The notes beneath the pieces were generated by a model. That model saw only the letters and a program-made list of their open reading frames with translations, ran no database searches and was not told the origin of the DNA. DNA of 62,328 bases, counting the filler, from Stramenopiles sp. TOSAG23-6 (taxonomy: Eukaryota), in the NCBI GenBank assembly GCA_900128565.1. It is 33 parts of 33 records of this genome, joined end to end, with 100 filler letters (N's around TTAATTAATTAA, not from the genome) between each part and the next. Parts side by side here need not be neighbours in the genome. Positions count along the whole stretch, not along the records: positions 60,552 to 62,328 come from LT638606.1; 32 more parts are not named here. One strand, written 5' to 3'. Made by a program: the position numbers and the translations under genes. Below, one piece after another: positions 60,626 to 62,328 of this stretch. Numbering within the stretch: position 1 is the stretch's first letter; every line of letters starts with the position of its first letter.

Positions 60626-62328
60626 TTCTATTTTTTTCGATTTTTTTGTAAAAAAAAAATAAAACATACATTTTTTGGCATTGCATTTAAATACGGATGA
60701 AAATAATTTTTTGTATCGTCTGAAAAAAATGTTAGATATAGTGCAAGTACTACAAAACTTGGCTCATTGGCACGTAAAATATATTTTTCATTATCCAATT
60801 CTTTTGATATTTTTTCTATTTTTGATAATTTTGATATTTTTTCCCCCAAATTTGATATTTTTGTTTTATCCAATGATTCATTCATTGTACCATACACAGT
60901 AAAAAGAGCATCATATAAACGCAAACCCCAAGGATGTGTTGAAAAATATTTCATATGTAAATGTTCTTCATCAGCAGATGATCTATAAGGATGTGGTCGT
61001 TTTGGTGGTGGCAATTTTTGCATATAATCAATCACAGTAGGTAAAGCTTTTGTTGTACGTAATAATAAATGAGGTGGTACTTTCACTAATGTAGTGGGAT
61101 TTTGTATTCCATCAAGAGCAAATATCCCATGAATATCTGTTCCTGGAATTGTATTGATTTGTAAATGTGGGTGTAAAAAGCCCCCATTTGTTTTGAACCA
61201 AGACAAAAGGGTGTTATATTGAACTTCTTTAGCTTCTTCATTATTATTTAATGAATGAACGTCACTGGAAACAATCGATTCCATGGCTTTTTTCATGATT
61301 ACGTTATTTGAATTCATCGATTCCATGGCTTTTTTCATGATTACGTTATTTGAATTCATAGATGCATCATCATCATCATTGATGATTTCTTTTGTATTTG
61401 GTTGTGTTGTTGTTTGTATGTTTATTTTGTTGTTTGTTTTGTTCTTTAGTGTTTCTTCTGACGGTATCAAATTTTGTATAGTTTCAGACATGAGATTTCT
61501 ATTCTTTTTTACGTCTTGTTCTCTCAATATAACTTGTAATTGCTCATTTGCTTTTCTGGCTTTTCTGGCGTTTCTTCGTCGTAAAGATTCTTTTATTCTT
61601 TCATCAAGAGCACTGTCACTTTTAGTTTTCTTTTCAACCATGTGAACTTTCGTACTCGACATATTCGTAGTTAAACGATGACAAACGAAGAAAAAAACAC
61701 AAACCACAAAGACAATATACATTGAACACTTTGAGTACTTTCTTATTGTCCCATTTGGCTTTTCAAGTTTACCATTGGACATCTTTCTTTTGAGTAAAGC
61801 ATTCAAAGATTCATTTGAACGCATGTTTAAAATACTTAACGTAATGCTTTTTGTAATATTATATACGTACGTACAGTCAGTCAGAGCGACACAATCACCT
61901 GATTATTTTGTATACAATATTCATACTTAATTAATGATGACGCGCCCCCCACTTAGCTAGTTCCTGAATGCTGTATTAGGTACAAAAATTTCATACAAAT
62001 ATTTCAACAAATTTAACATTTTTTACTTTATTTCGTGTTTCAAAAAACAATATAAATTAAGAAATTCACTACTACGAAGACAATTCGCAAAAACGGTGCC
62101 AATAAGCAGCTTTGTGCCGAGTTATTAGGTTCCTATGAAAAAACTATAGCAAACTTCAGCCGAAATATTTTTACATGAGACCTTGACTAAATGTCCCTCT
62201 AACGTAGTAGTTACGCACACATCTGCAAACCCTAACCCTAGTCCAACCAAAAAAACAAAAAAATCAAAAAAATCAAAAAAAACAAAAAAAACAAAAAAAA
62301 CAAAAAAAACAAAAAAAACAAAAAAAAC
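60552..62328. repeat. Exact duplicate of contig 58675-60451 (redundant contig)
   Basis: Same 1777-nt length, identical ORFs at offset 1877. Confidence 0.93.

Noticed and set aside
58675-62328. Tandem duplication of a SET-domain gene
   Set aside because: Two identical contigs separated by the artificial linker

Overview
This is not one genomic locus. It is 33 short (about 1.78-1.81 kb, length-sorted) contigs of an AT-rich, ciliated microbial eukaryote, joined by artificial 100-nt linkers (N44-TTAATTAATTAA-N44). It is probably a SAG/MAG, and a stramenopile-like protist is only a guess. Recognisable gene fragments include CWC22, SRP54, ZnT9/SLC30A9, URB2, CWF19L1, mitochondrial L33, ZFYVE26, selenoprotein H, PDH E2, HSP70, CABIN1, ORC1, ABCA, PP2C and BBS8. 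The main signal is one family of about 90-190-nt repeated introns (introner-like). Its consensus is exon-AT|GTAYGTTTTATTT...TTTCGTACGAAATTTTGTACCTAAC...TTTAGATTT...TTGAAATATTTTTCCAAAATACAT|exon. Restoring conserved proteins requires removing them in a GT...AT register. Of 43 introns with both ends visible, I count 35 GT-AT, 5 GT-AG, 1 GT-AC, 1 apparent GT-TT and 1 ambiguous AT/AG. The elements have short terminal inverted repeats, usually an AT target duplication, and a strong CCTAAC branch motif, and they bypass an internal YAG. This points to a transposon-seeded intron invasion handled by a spliceosome with relaxed 3'-terminal specificity, which is inference until checked with RNA data. Secondary signals are pervasive TTAGGG micro-insertions (one occupying a branch-point position), a UGA-recoded SelH with an atypical SECIS candidate, a CpG-decayed kinesin pseudogene, a roughly 103-bp satellite, and several assembly artefacts.
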